64,000 nucleotides of DNA, from NCBI GenBank assembly GCA_965197475.1, contig CBDANF010000003.1, positions 3,200,001 to 3,264,000 on the forward strand, in the 5' to 3' direction. A model generated the notes under the pieces. That model was given only the letters and a program-made list of their open reading frames with translations, did not search any database and was not told where the DNA came from. Of the stretch, positions 18,423 through 29,219 are shown one piece after another. Made by a program: the position numbers and the translations under genes. Origin of the DNA: Candidatus Poribacteria bacterium. Its GTDB lineage: Bacteria; Poribacteria; WGA-4E; WGA-3G. The first letter of the stretch is position 1, and each line of letters opens with the position of its first letter.

Positions 18423-20198
18423 ATGACACTGATATCTATGTTTGAGCAGTCAATTCAGCAGTACGGTAACAAACCGGCATTGGCATACAAACCGAAAGGT
18501 GGCACCTATCAGGACATTTCTTACACCGAATTCGGTGAATCGGTTGATGCTTTCAGTAAAGGGTTAAAGGCATCAGGCGTGCAAAAGGGGGACAGAGTAG
18601 CCATTCTATCCGAAAATCGTCCCGAATGGGCAATCTCGGACTTCGGTATTCTTAAATCTGGTGCAGTTAACGTGCCGATGTTTTCAACGTTGACTGCGGC
18701 ACAGGTCGGTTATATTCTCAAAGATTCTGGGGCAAAAATTATCTGCGTCTCAACTAAAGCTCAGTTAGAGAAAGTTGTCGCAATCCGCGATGAAGTAGAG
18801 ACACTCAAACAGATAATTATCTTTGATGCGATTGAAGGCGAATCCTCAGAAGGCGTTATCGAATTTGAGGAAGTTTGTCGTCGAGATGCTGAGGCAGATG
18901 CACTTGATGAAAATGAAGTGAATGAAGATGACATTGCTACAATTATCTATACATCCGGCACAACTGGTAACCCGAAAGGCGTTATGCTAACGCATGCGAA
19001 TTTTTTATCAAACTTTCATGCAGCAAAATCGCTGATTGATATCGGAGAAACAGATATATTGTTATCTTTCCTCCCGTTATCGCACGTCTTTGAACGGCTT
19101 GGTGGACACTATGTGGCACTGTTTTCTGGGGCGAAGGTAGCGTACGCTGAAAGCACATTCACAGTCGCGCAGAATATGCAGGAGGTTTCGCCTACGGTAA
19201 TGCTCAGCGTGCCACGTCTGTATGAAACGATGCACGATAGGGTTTTGCGTGCTGTGCAGGCGGGATCATCGCTCAAACAGAAGATTTTCCACTGGGGTGT
19301 ATCGGTCGGTTCAGCGGTGAGTTCAAAAATTCAGCAGGGGGAAAAACCGTCTGCGATATTGCAATTACAGCAAAGCATTGCAGACAAACTTGTTTTTGCA
19401 AAATTAAAAGCGGCAACAGGTGGACAACTACGATTCTTTGTGTCTGGTGGTGCAGCGTTACCGCAGTCAATTGCCGAGTTTTTCCACGCAGCAGGAATTT
19501 TGATATTAGAAGGATACGGCTTAACAGAAACCTCGCCTGTCATCAGCTTAAACCATCCTGCTAAATGGAAGTTCGGGACGGTCGGTGTGCCTATTCCCGG
19601 TATTGAAGTGCGTATCGCTGAAGATGGTGAGATTTTAACCCGTGGCCCGCACGTCATGAAGGGTTATTTTAACAATGAAGATGCAACTGCAGAGGTTATC
19701 AATTCTGAGGGATGGTTTCACACTGGCGACATCGGTATTATTGACGAAGACGGATTTCTCAAAATTACTGATCGGAAGAAAAATATCATCGTGCTTTCCA
19801 ACGGTAAAAATGTGGCACCGCAACCGATAGAGAGCCAACTGGTGCAAAGTCCTTTTATTGATCAGATTATGTTGGTGGGGAATGAACGTAAAAATGTTGC
19901 TGCACTGATTGTGCCGAATTTTGATGCGCTCAAATCATGGGCATCGGATAACGACGTTGATACATCTGATTTGCCGGAGATGCTGAAAACGCGCGAGGTG
20001 CAACAACTCATTCAGCGTGAGATTCGGGAACGTTTGACAGATTTCTCGGACTTTGAACAGGTTAGAAGGTTTGCCCTGCTTGAAAAAGAATTCTCTCAAG
20101 AAGAGGACGAGATGACCCCGACGCTGAAGTTGAAACGGAACGTTATTATTGAAAAGTATGCTGATGTGATAGCGGGTATGTATCCAGACGAATCTTAA
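18423..20198 (+). CDS. fadD: Long-chain fatty-acid--CoA ligase
   Basis: YTSGTTGNPKG, EGYGLTET, TGDIG and TPTLKLKR motifs. GGGGAG RBS before ATG 18423. Confidence 0.9.
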   Translation: MTLISMFEQSIQQYGNKPALAYKPKGGTYQDISYTEFGESVDAFSKGLKASGVQKGDRVAILSENRPEWAISDFGILKSGAVNVPMFSTLTAAQVGYILKDSGAKIICVSTKAQLEKVVAIRDEVETLKQIIIFDAIEGESSEGVIEFEEVCRRDAEADALDENEVNEDDIATIIYTSGTTGNPKGVMLTHANFLSNFHAAKSLIDIGETDILLSFLPLSHVFERLGGHYVALFSGAKVAYAESTFTVAQNMQEVSPTVMLSVPRLYETMHDRVLRAVQAGSSLKQKIFHWGVSVGSAVSSKIQQGEKPSAILQLQQSIADKLVFAKLKAATGGQLRFFVSGGAALPQSIAEFFHAAGILILEGYGLTETSPVISLNHPAKWKFGTVGVPIPGIEVRIAEDGEILTRGPHVMKGYFNNEDATAEVINSEGWFHTGDIGIIDEDGFLKITDRKKNIIVLSNGKNVAPQPIESQLVQSPFIDQIMLVGNERKNVAALIVPNFDALKSWASDNDVDTSDLPEMLKTREVQQLIQREIRERLTDFSDFEQVRRFALLEKEFSQEEDEMTPTLKLKRNVIIEKYADVIAGMYPDES

Positions 20199-20404
20199 TT
20201 TAGGTAGGTTCGAAATAAGGATTCAGATGTATGTTAGGCTTCGCTGACGCTCTACCCAACCTACATAACCCTGACACCGCACCCTCCACAATCGTAATCT
20301 CTTTGTTTCACTGCTATACTTGTGAGGGCGTTAGCATTGCGATGATGTCTTCTTCTGGTAGTTTCACGTTATCTGCTTGATCTCGTTTAGGTAATTTTGT
20401 GTGC

Positions 20405-20797
20405 TCATGACTCATTTAAAATCGCATCTATCTGCTGACTTGCTGTTCCTATCGGCGCATCAGCAGCAATTTCAATATGGGTATCTACAGTTTCTAAAGA
20501 CGCAATTGAAAGACAGCATCCTAAAGCATTGAGTATAGTTCTAAGCGTGTCAATCCGTGGTGCTTCAGTGCTCGTTAACACATCCGAGAGAACTTGTGGC
20601 TCAATGTCGGTTTTCTTGGCGAATTCGGAAATTCCGCCCCTTGCTTCAACGACACTCTGTAAGGATATCTGAATTACGGCTGCATTCCCATGGGTTTGAT
20701 ATTCTTCCATTACAGCAGAGAGGAAACCACTTATATCTTCTTCTTCGGCAAGTTGGTCTATCATGAATGCTTTCCATGTTCCATATATTTTAGTCAT
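20405..20797 (-). CDS. HTH antitoxin (addiction-module antidote type)
   Basis: VEARGGISEFAKKT...PRIDTLRTILNALG. Overlaps the end of the upstream toxin gene. Confidence 0.8.
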   Translation of the reverse strand: MTKIYGTWKAFMIDQLAEEEDISGFLSAVMEEYQTHGNAAVIQISLQSVVEARGGISEFAKKTDIEPQVLSDVLTSTEAPRIDTLRTILNALGCCLSIASLETVDTHIEIAADAPIGTASQQIDAILNES

Positions 20798-21131
20798 TTT
20801 GCCTCTCCTTGTATTCTGTCCAATAGTTTTTTGCCCGTTCAATATCCCGATTTTGCGAAGACTTGTCGCCAGCACAAAGTAGGAGAACGATTGTATTATC
20901 CACTTCACCATAATAGATACGATGACCTGCACCGAAGTCAAGCTTTAGTTCCCAAACGCCGTCACCTACAGATTTATGGTCGCCAAGGTTGCCAGCTTCG
21001 ACGGAAAATAGGCGTGCTTGAATCCGCTTTTTTACCTTTGTATCATTAATTGAATTGAATCATTCTGTGAAAGGTACGGTACCGTTTGGAATTTGATAAA
21101 AATTAATTGTCCGCGGACATGCATCACGCAT
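20790..21131 (-). pseudogene. RelE/ParE-family toxin (addiction-module killer type) with in-frame TGA
   Basis: Manual translation MRDACPRTINFYQIPNGTVPFTE*FNSIND...GNLGDHKSVGDGVWELKLDFGAGHRIYY...LLLCAGDKSSQNRDIERAK. TGA at 21062-21060. Not in the ORF track. Confidence 0.85.
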
Positions 21132-21210
21132 TGACGATTTTTCACATGTTAATAAGTGACAAGTGGCTATCCAGAGTTACGCTAATCAAGACCTACTCAA
21201 ACTTTGACAT

Positions 21211-21239
21211 ATAGTATCATGTTCATCCTTAAAAGTCAA
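21211..21239 (-). promoter_or_regulatory. Putative sigma70 promoter of the toxin-antitoxin operon
   Basis: Minus strand TTGACT-N17-TACTAT. Confidence 0.5.
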
Positions 21240-21321
21240 GGTGGGTTTAAAACGGATTACGCTGATTGTTGGATTTCACGTTGTCCAATCCAACCTACGG
21301 CTTTAGCAGTGGACCAAACAT

Positions 21322-22218
21322 TTATGATGGCACAAGAACAGTGAGTCCATGCTTGATAATCTCAATTGTGGCAGGTGTTTCGCACATCGGCTCTCCATCG
21401 GCGTAAAGCATGACCGGTGGATCGGTCTCAATCTTCAAACTACGGGTCTGATGGATTTCCACAGCAGGATGAGAGGCGTGACCACCCCAGAATAACGTAA
21501 CCATGAGTCGTAGTACCGTAAAGGATGGGAGGGCGCGAATGATACAGATATCAAAAAGTCCATCATCAAAACGTGCGTTTGGTACAATCTTAAACCCACC
21601 GCCATAGCTGCTTGTAATTCCTGTGGCAGCGAGTAGGATATGTCTTTCACGAGTGCCGAAGTCGCCTTCAATTCGGACGAATGGACACTCGTAGTCGGAA
21701 AGTGTAGCGATAGCAGCATAGACGTAAGATGCAGTTCCTGAAAATGGTGTGGTGCGTGCCGCAGCGCGGCGACTGACCTCAGTATCGTAACCACAAGTCG
21801 TTATCGTGGTGAAATAGTGTTCACTCCCCTTTTCTGAACGGACGTGACCTAAATCAATACATCTGGTCTTGCCATTCAATAAAGTCTGAATGGCAAGCTG
21901 CGGTTTTCGTGAGATGCCAACAGCCGTGGCTAAATCGTTGCCGCGTCCGCATGGAAGGATGCTTAAAGTGACATCCGGGACAGTTGCAATACTGTTGACA
22001 ATCTCATGAAGCGTGCCATCTCCCCCGCAGGCAATCACCCACCTAATTCCATTTGAAACTGCTTCGTGTGCAAAACGTTTTGCATCTCCTGTGCCAGTCG
22101 TTAGTGCAATCTCACCGTTGTGGCTCGCTGTAGTTAGCGCGGCGTGTGCTTGCTCAGCAACTGTCTTTGCCTTGCCTTTGCCGGATATTGGGTTTGCGAT
22201 AAGGATAAAATCGTTCAT
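21322..22218 (-). CDS. Diacylglycerol kinase-family lipid kinase (YegS/BmrU type)
   Basis: NPISG, GGDGT, PCGRGNDLA, YGGG and ADGE motifs. Confidence 0.9.
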   Translation of the reverse strand: MNDFILIANPISGKGKAKTVAEQAHAALTTASHNGEIALTTGTGDAKRFAHEAVSNGIRWVIACGGDGTLHEIVNSIATVPDVTLSILPCGRGNDLATAVGISRKPQLAIQTLLNGKTRCIDLGHVRSEKGSEHYFTTITTCGYDTEVSRRAAARTTPFSGTASYVYAAIATLSDYECPFVRIEGDFGTRERHILLAATGITSSYGGGFKIVPNARFDDGLFDICIIRALPSFTVLRLMVTLFWGGHASHPAVEIHQTRSLKIETDPPVMLYADGEPMCETPATIEIIKHGLTVLVPS

Positions 22219-22305
22219 ATCGGTTAACTCGTTACAGCTGCGACTTTTCTAAATCGGGCTTACAAAGCCCTCCCACAATTTAGAAGATAGATTGTGATAA
22301 CGAAA

Positions 22306-25300
22306 TCACTTAATCACAGCGATCTTTCCTACTTTTTTTTCTGTTTCAAATTCAAGCATATAGATATAGATACCGGTGGCTATATCACCGATGCTGCCGT
22401 TTGTCAACCACCACTCTTTCCTGTTTCCATCGCTTTCGGTAACGTTCAAATCCTCAATCAATTCTCCCTTAGGTGTAAAAAGTTGAATACGGGTGCCGAT
22501 AGGCACTTTATCAAAAGTAACTGCACCTTTGTCTGATAAATTCGGACGGACCGGGTTCGGGTAGACGCGTAACTTTGTGAAATCTTTCACCGCTGCTTCT
22601 TCAACACTTCGCTGAATTTCAACCGCACTGGTAGCGGCTTGAATCTGGTTTTCATCAGTATCGGCTACGTTGGAAACGGCAATCTCATATCGGTTTGTTG
22701 GAACAGCAATTAGCGATTGTAGGTTTATTGTATCAAAGACTAAGAGCGCGCGTGTTCCCATTCTGTCACGGATAGCGGATACCGGTCGAAGTCCTCCCAG
22801 TTGATTCGGTTCGCGTAAGCGATATCGACGCTCATCACTAATAGTTGCGTTCATCTGTCGATCAAAGGTAACAATTACCCAATTGGGAGGTTGATAGGCA
22901 GCATGAATAATTTTGGGAGAGAGGCGCGGTGTCGCGGATACCGCTTTACTACGTTCTGTTTCTATACCTGTTTCTCCCTTCACTGTAATAGCATACCAAT
23001 AGGTTGTATCTGTCTCAGCTGTCCTGTCTAAGTATCTGGTGGCGGTGAGATTCTGAGCGATTGCCTCAAACTCGGTGTCAGCAGGTGCCTTCCGTTTTCC
23101 CCCATCCGCACGATAGACAGTAAAAACGGTTGACATGTGTGTATCTTCCATAGCCTCCCACTTAACTTGAACGACTTTTGATGTTAAAGGCGTTGCAGAA
23201 ACATCCCATGGTGTGAGCGCAGCAACAGAATTGCTATCAGTCGCAAAAGCAGATTCAATGAAACTTAGACCTCTTTCAAGGTTAACGTAGAATTCATGAA
23301 ATCCATTACTGTTTAAATCCGCTGTGAAGAGGACGGGTGTTTCAGCAACTTCTTGGTGATAAATCGGTATGAATGTTGCGCCATCCCATTTCATTACGTA
23401 GAGGTTCGGATATGTGATGACCGCAAGTTCGTTATGTCTGTCACTGTCAAGATCAGCTATAGCAAGACTGTTCCCATTTAGCCGATACGGTGCTATCGCT
23501 TGTCCCCAAAGCGGTACATACTTACCAGATGTATACGTAAGGACAAGAAACTTCCATATAGGTGAGACCGAAGGAACACCAGGCGGTGATAAAGTGCCGC
23601 CAACAACAAGCTCCGGCATTCCATCCCCAGTTAAATCTCCAGAGATTAACTGCCTAACTTCATCAATACCAAGTTGTGTTTTCCACTGCAAGCGGAAATT
23701 ATCATTTGCCGTAGCAGAATAGATGAACAGTTCGCCTTCACTATCGCCAACAACAAAATCAATGTTTCCATCGGCATTAAAATCGTCAATTACAATGTGT
23801 CGATCAAATATATTTTTCCCTTCTGTTTCATTAACTAACTCGGCAGTTCTGTCATACAGATTATCCCCTCTATTCTCAAAGATGAGGATCCTGCGGTTAT
23901 TGTTATCAACACCAATAATTTCCTTTTTGCCATCGCCATCAAGGTCAGCGATTTCACCACCTGAAATGAATGTCGTCTCCCAAATAATTTGCTCTGGGTA
24001 ACCATTAGGTGTAAGACTCTCTATCAGGAAAGTTCGATCTTTGTCATTTGCGAGGATCTCCAACAAACCATCGTTGTCTGTGTCTTGGACTGCCCACGGT
24101 GTGAGCGTTTCTAAATTTACATCTTGATTCAGGATATCCGCAGAATCAGCAACCGTTGCAATGTCGGAAAGGGCATGTACAAGTTTATATTTGCCTATAG
24201 GCGAGCGTTCATAAATAACGAGACGATGAGGGATGGTAAGTTGGCCTTTAGAGGCATCAGAAAGGGGCGCACCAATAAGTTCGAATAATCCATCTTTGTC
24301 AAAATCCGCAGTAACACTTGCGATGTGCAGGGGTGAAATACCGAGACTGGTCTCAGTGAACCCGTGTGGCGAAATAGAACTACCGATTACGTCAATTGCG
24401 TAGTACTTCCCATTGTTGTCATTAACCGTTTTTAAACCGACGGTGTTCTGTGCCACAATGTAAAACTGGTAATGTCCTGTTCCTAAACCGAGCGAGAAAA
24501 AATGTTCTTTTCCAAGTTCCCTTTCCTCAATAGATGCAAAAGGTGCAATTCCGCCGGTGCGGCGATAATAGAAGGTGTTTCGAGTTACATCGTCTGTCGC
24601 CCATGTGAAAATCATGGTAGAACTGTTTTTGTAAAGCGTTTCAGTTGCGGTGATGGAAAGAATTTCGGGTGGTGTTCGGTCTACCGTTAGGACAACCTGG
24701 TCATGTGTCTGACTACCGTCTCTACCCGTAACGACGAGGCGGACTGTGTAAACGTCTTCGGGCACATTTGTGGTGTCCCATACGACTAACTGTTCCGCGA
24801 TTTTTTGTGTTGATATGGGATCGGTAAACGGAACAAATGCGGCAGGTACAGTAGAACTTCCATAAAATAGCTGCCACGACTTAAACTTATATCCTCCCGC
24901 AGTGCCGATGAATGTAATTGAATTAGACCCACCACTATTCGTTTGCGGCGCATGAATTCGTGCTTGTAAAACACCGCTTGCTAACAACGTTCGTTCGGCA
25001 TTGACAGTGCCGGCACCAGCAAGTTTTGGATCAGGTTCATCGCTATCCTCTTGTAAAACAACATCGGCAGTATTGATGAGTATCTGCCGAATCTCTTCAT
25101 GGGTAAGAGCGGGCCGTTTTGCGCGCATCAATGCTGCAACACCTGCGACGTGTGGTGCAGCCATAGAGGTCCCGGTAAGAATACGATAGTCGTTCCGAAT
25201 TTGTGTGCTGAGGATGGCGTTTCCGGGGGCACCAATATCAATGGATGCTCCGAAATTTGATCGGTAGAATCGCTGTTTGTGTTGGTTCGTTGATGCTACA

Positions 25301-26349
25301 GAGATGACTTTTCTGTAGCCCGCAGGAAAAATGCTCTCGGATTCCTGTGAATTGCCCGCCGCGCCTATTAACACGACACCATGCGCATGGGCATAATCAA
25401 TAGCATCTTGGATAACAAAGGAGTGTTGTGCGCTTCCCCAACTCATATTGATGATGCTTGCGCCGTTATCTGCGGCGTAAACAATCGCTGCGGCGGAGTC
25501 ATCATCCTGCAAGCGAGAACTTCCACCAAGCGAGAGCCCTGCGCGTACTGCCATTAGCGGACAATTCCACGCCACACCCGCAATACCGATACCGTTATTT
25601 GGCATTGCACCTGCGATACCCGCGACATGCGTTCCGTGTCCAGATTCATCAATCGGTTCATTATCACCCTCTATAAAATCGCCTTCCGCCTGTAGATTGG
25701 GGGCATCGGTAAAATCCCATCCGTGCATATCATCAATGTAACCGTTTCCATCATCATCTAAGCCATTGTCGGGGATCTCGCCAGGATTTACCCAAATTTT
25801 TGATGCAAGGTCGTCGTGCCTATAATCAATGCCAGAATCGATGATGGCAATAACTATATTACGGTTCCCCTTCTCAATTGCCCAGGCTTGCGGTAATTTC
25901 ATCAACGGTAAACTCCACTGTTCTGAGTATTTTGGGTCGTTGGGGACAATTTCATCTGCTAAAGTTGGACGAAGATAATTATACGCAACCGCCTCAGTCA
26001 GTTCGCTCTGCTCAAACGCTGCTTTAAGTGCGGGAAGGGCCGCGATTGGTGAAAACCGTAGGAGATAGGTTCGCTTAAGCTTAGCAGCATGGTTAGCGGA
26101 ATCGAGCAAAAATGGAAAGGAGGGTTTCAGAGATTCCACGCCGTGTTTTGCATACAATGCTGCTATCAGTGATTTAGACTGCAATAGGTGTAGATCCGTT
26201 GATGCTTCTGGTGTTAGGCGGATTAATAACTCACCAGGGGTGATCTGTTCGGATAGCGCGGCATTTCCAACAACAGCGCAATTACAAAAAAGTCCGACAA
26301 TTAGGAGTGCCAATAGAGGCAGAATTTTTGAAGATGTCTGCTGATTCAT
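22306..26349 (-). CDS. Secreted S8 subtilase with FG-GAP/VCBS repeats, FN3-like domain and C-terminal sorting domain
   Basis: IDSG, HGTHVAG and GTSMAAP triad; ADLDGDG repeats; VYPNP...GIYIY tail. Confidence 0.9.
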   Translation of the reverse strand: MNQQTSSKILPLLALLIVGLFCNCAVVGNAALSEQITPGELLIRLTPEASTDLHLLQSKSLIAALYAKHGVESLKPSFPFLLDSANHAAKLKRTYLLRFSPIAALPALKAAFEQSELTEAVAYNYLRPTLADEIVPNDPKYSEQWSLPLMKLPQAWAIEKGNRNIVIAIIDSGIDYRHDDLASKIWVNPGEIPDNGLDDDGNGYIDDMHGWDFTDAPNLQAEGDFIEGDNEPIDESGHGTHVAGIAGAMPNNGIGIAGVAWNCPLMAVRAGLSLGGSSRLQDDDSAAAIVYAADNGASIINMSWGSAQHSFVIQDAIDYAHAHGVVLIGAAGNSQESESIFPAGYRKVISVASTNQHKQRFYRSNFGASIDIGAPGNAILSTQIRNDYRILTGTSMAAPHVAGVAALMRAKRPALTHEEIRQILINTADVVLQEDSDEPDPKLAGAGTVNAERTLLASGVLQARIHAPQTNSGGSNSITFIGTAGGYKFKSWQLFYGSSTVPAAFVPFTDPISTQKIAEQLVVWDTTNVPEDVYTVRLVVTGRDGSQTHDQVVLTVDRTPPEILSITATETLYKNSSTMIFTWATDDVTRNTFYYRRTGGIAPFASIEERELGKEHFFSLGLGTGHYQFYIVAQNTVGLKTVNDNNGKYYAIDVIGSSISPHGFTETSLGISPLHIASVTADFDKDGLFELIGAPLSDASKGQLTIPHRLVIYERSPIGKYKLVHALSDIATVADSADILNQDVNLETLTPWAVQDTDNDGLLEILANDKDRTFLIESLTPNGYPEQIIWETTFISGGEIADLDGDGKKEIIGVDNNNRRILIFENRGDNLYDRTAELVNETEGKNIFDRHIVIDDFNADGNIDFVVGDSEGELFIYSATANDNFRLQWKTQLGIDEVRQLISGDLTGDGMPELVVGGTLSPPGVPSVSPIWKFLVLTYTSGKYVPLWGQAIAPYRLNGNSLAIADLDSDRHNELAVITYPNLYVMKWDGATFIPIYHQEVAETPVLFTADLNSNGFHEFYVNLERGLSFIESAFATDSNSVAALTPWDVSATPLTSKVVQVKWEAMEDTHMSTVFTVYRADGGKRKAPADTEFEAIAQNLTATRYLDRTAETDTTYWYAITVKGETGIETERSKAVSATPRLSPKIIHAAYQPPNWVIVTFDRQMNATISDERRYRLREPNQLGGLRPVSAIRDRMGTRALLVFDTINLQSLIAVPTNRYEIAVSNVADTDENQIQAATSAVEIQRSVEEAAVKDFTKLRVYPNPVRPNLSDKGAVTFDKVPIGTRIQLFTPKGELIEDLNVTESDGNRKEWWLTNGSIGDIATGIYIYMLEFETEKKVGKIAVIK

Positions 26350-26355
26350 AGAATG

Positions 26356-27303
26356 CTAATCCAGAGGTTCAAGTTTATTTGTCTCGCGTTCGCCTTTCAA
26401 GATGTTTAAAACTTTTCCTGTCTTGTCGTCAATAATGACAATAGCGAGATTGCCCCAACTGTGGTTATAGAAACTAACTGTCCAGGCAAACCCTTGAAAC
26501 CATGCATATTCACGAACACCTTTCTGAGCTGCCAACAAGGTTTTCAAACGCTGATTAGATTTTGCGATGTTAAGAATTGCATCCGCTTTTTTCTGCGGTG
26601 ATATTTTAGGTTTTGGTTTCTGAAGTTGTATCTGTTTACCAACCTTTACTTCAGGGGGTAATTCTCCCGGGGAATGCTTCGCAATTGTTCGAAGTAGGGT
26701 GGCATGTCGGAGATACGCATCTCGAAGTTTTTCATAACTTTTCAATCCATATTCTATTGGTATTTTTTGATATAGTGACGCGCACATCTCTGCTGCATCG
26801 GCTTCAAATCGGAGAACTTTTGCATAATCTCTTTTCTGTTCAGCGTGCTCCTGTTGTTCTCTAAAAAAGGTCGCGTAGATGCCAAAGTTGTAAAACCTAT
26901 CAGGATAGTGTGGTAGCCAAGTCGTAATGAACTTTGCAATCTTTTCGCGTTCCTTGGTAAGAGCAGCCTCAGTAGTTTTTGATTTTTTCCATGCAGCTTT
27001 GGCACGCGTGAGGTGAAATTGGCGTTGTTCCTGAATTTCTAACCGCTCTTTTTCTGTGCGCTCTACCCACTCCGCGTACCCATTTCTTTTGTAGTAATTG
27101 AGGACGATCTCGTTCATCAGCACAGAAATCAAAGTGAGACATTCTGCAGCAGCTTCGTGCCAGAGAGCAAGCCTACCGAAATCACCACGCTGCTCATAGA
27201 TTTTGATAAAGATGTCGGCATTGGCAGTGCCTTCGAAGATAGCATCACACGGCTTAGTAAGTATGAGCAGAATAGAAAAGAGCATTAGTGTGAACGTTCT
27301 CAT
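26356..27303 (-). CDS. Hypothetical secreted helical protein
   Basis: 315-aa ORF with signal peptide and internal EAAAEC/EADAAEMC repeat. 6 bp upstream of the S8 gene. Confidence 0.65.
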   Translation of the reverse strand: MRTFTLMLFSILLILTKPCDAIFEGTANADIFIKIYEQRGDFGRLALWHEAAAECLTLISVLMNEIVLNYYKRNGYAEWVERTEKERLEIQEQRQFHLTRAKAAWKKSKTTEAALTKEREKIAKFITTWLPHYPDRFYNFGIYATFFREQQEHAEQKRDYAKVLRFEADAAEMCASLYQKIPIEYGLKSYEKLRDAYLRHATLLRTIAKHSPGELPPEVKVGKQIQLQKPKPKISPQKKADAILNIAKSNQRLKTLLAAQKGVREYAWFQGFAWTVSFYNHSWGNLAIVIIDDKTGKVLNILKGERETNKLEPLD

Positions 27304-27335
27304 TTTATTTCATCACCATTATTCGATTTTGGAAT

Positions 27336-27429
27336 TATACCGAATTAACTGGATTTATCCGATTCGTCCGAACGGTAGGCGCGCTTACAAAGCGCGCCTA
27401 CAGAGTAGAATTAAGTTAATCTGATACTA
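27336..27429. mobile_element. MITE family A
   Basis: TATACCGAATTAAC...GTTAATCTGATACTA with GTAGGCGCGCttacaaaGCGCGCCTAC hairpin. Confidence 0.7.
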
Positions 27430-28420
27430 TAGGCAATATACGTACAGTTGCCAAAAATGTCTTTTCCGGTGCCAACACTATCACACCTGCAGGAATACCT
27501 TTCACCTCTAAATTGATAGCATCTGTCGGACAGGTGTAAGGTTCAAAACAGATGGCATCTCTTCCTGGTGGCGTATAGATAACCAATTCCCTAAACTGCA
27601 CATCCGATTCCATCACCATGCCGTATCCTGTATCTCGATTTTCAATGTGGCATCGACTTACACCGTCAACCAATTCAACATCTGTGAAAACATGATCAAG
27701 TTTCAATTTTGAAAATGGTTGTCCTTCGCGTAAATCGAGTGTTCCTGTAACATCGTGTTGTATGCCCGTTGGAACGAGAACATCGTCCAATTCCCAATAC
27801 TTGTTGGCAGGAACGGTGATCAAAGCTTTTGATGCATCTGCTGTTCCGGTTAGGTTTACGTTAAAATAGGGATGAATGCCGAACCCCATCGGCATATTCC
27901 CATCGCTTGTGTTTTTGATAGAAACCTCCATCGTTAACACAGCATCTTTTAGGGTATAGGTAATCTCAATTTTGAAAGGAAAAGGATATTGGCGACTGAC
28001 ATCAGGAAAATCTTGAGAATTGAGCGAACAAACCAATGTTGCACCGTTCTCATTAGCTGCATGTTTGTCAACTTCATAAGGACGGTTCAACAGTAGACCG
28101 TGTATTGTCGTAGGCGATTCAGGTTGTTTGTCGAACTGATAAGTTTTCCCCTCAAATTCCCATTTTCCGTTTCGGATTCGGTTGGGAAAAGGAAAAAGAA
28201 TTGGGTTGCCGAAAGCGGTTGGACGTTGTTCTAACGTCGCTAAATCTGGGGGCGGATCAATTAGGTTAAGCCATCCGTTACCATCCGCAACTTTGAACAC
28301 ATAACAGTTATTGCCGAGGGCAGGCGCGATTTCAGCCACTGCCTTCCCGTTTTGTTGTATGTAGTAAACCTGAAATCCATCAACCTTTTTTACACCGACT
28401 GAATACGAAGTATGCGCCAT
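27416..28420 (-). CDS. Aldose 1-epimerase-family protein
   Basis: LFPFPNRI, IHG, GIHPYF and ICFEP motifs. Confidence 0.88.
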   Translation of the reverse strand: MAHTSYSVGVKKVDGFQVYYIQQNGKAVAEIAPALGNNCYVFKVADGNGWLNLIDPPPDLATLEQRPTAFGNPILFPFPNRIRNGKWEFEGKTYQFDKQPESPTTIHGLLLNRPYEVDKHAANENGATLVCSLNSQDFPDVSRQYPFPFKIEITYTLKDAVLTMEVSIKNTSDGNMPMGFGIHPYFNVNLTGTADASKALITVPANKYWELDDVLVPTGIQHDVTGTLDLREGQPFSKLKLDHVFTDVELVDGVSRCHIENRDTGYGMVMESDVQFRELVIYTPPGRDAICFEPYTCPTDAINLEVKGIPAGVIVLAPEKTFLATVRILPIVSD

Positions 28421-28559
28421 CGTTTTTCCTTTATCTGTGTTTACAAGTATCGTTGAAAGTAAGAGAAGAACACGAGTAATTCCAATTCGGGGGACGCGCT
28501 TCCAAATGCCTCGGAGGTGGCGGAGGGAAAAAAATACGCGGTTTCATTGATGCTCCCGA

Positions 28560-29174
28560 TTATCCTTTGGTGCACCACTCAATACCGCGCCGCAATATCT
28601 TCCGGAAGTTAGGATTAGAATAGGTAACGTCGTTATGTCCGCTCTGTAGGCAAAAGATACGTGAGTTTCCATATTCCCGCGCCCAACCTATCACGTCCAT
28701 ACTATTCGGATGATCAACGGTTAGCAGGATAGTACTGTCACCACCTGCGGATTTCATCATATAGGTTTCGTCACCCATCTCCCAATCAGCGAGCCCTTCA
28801 GTAATCGGGTGGGTAGGATCAGCGATTTGTACCTGTAGCGTCTCCCGCGGGGAGTAGTCAAAATCTCCTCGATCATCAATCCCACACATATCAGAATATG
28901 CATCCCATTCTGGAAAAGCGAGAAGTGCGTGATGCAGTATAACTAATCCCTGCCCACGTTCGGTAAGACCCAGAATGACTTTCGCTTGTGCCTCTGTTGG
29001 ATATGGACGGTGGAAGTTGTAAAAGACAACGGTGTCGTATGCTTTCTGGTTTGGGTCTTCCACAAAGTCATCCAAATCTTCTTGAACGAACGCAATACCT
29101 TCCATGCTTTTAAAGACTGCGTCAAAATCTTTTTCGCGAAATCCGTGTTCTCCGGTTACGACTGCGATCTTCAT
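28560..29174 (-). CDS. ThuA-like domain protein
   Basis: GLVILHHA, HPITEGL, DETY and GH motifs. Confidence 0.8.
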   Translation of the reverse strand: MKIAVVTGEHGFREKDFDAVFKSMEGIAFVQEDLDDFVEDPNQKAYDTVVFYNFHRPYPTEAQAKVILGLTERGQGLVILHHALLAFPEWDAYSDMCGIDDRGDFDYSPRETLQVQIADPTHPITEGLADWEMGDETYMMKSAGGDSTILLTVDHPNSMDVIGWAREYGNSRIFCLQSGHNDVTYSNPNFRKILRRGIEWCTKG

Positions 29175-29219
29175 AGACTTATTCTTCTCCTATAGGAAAT
29201 GATTATTGACACATTCTCC

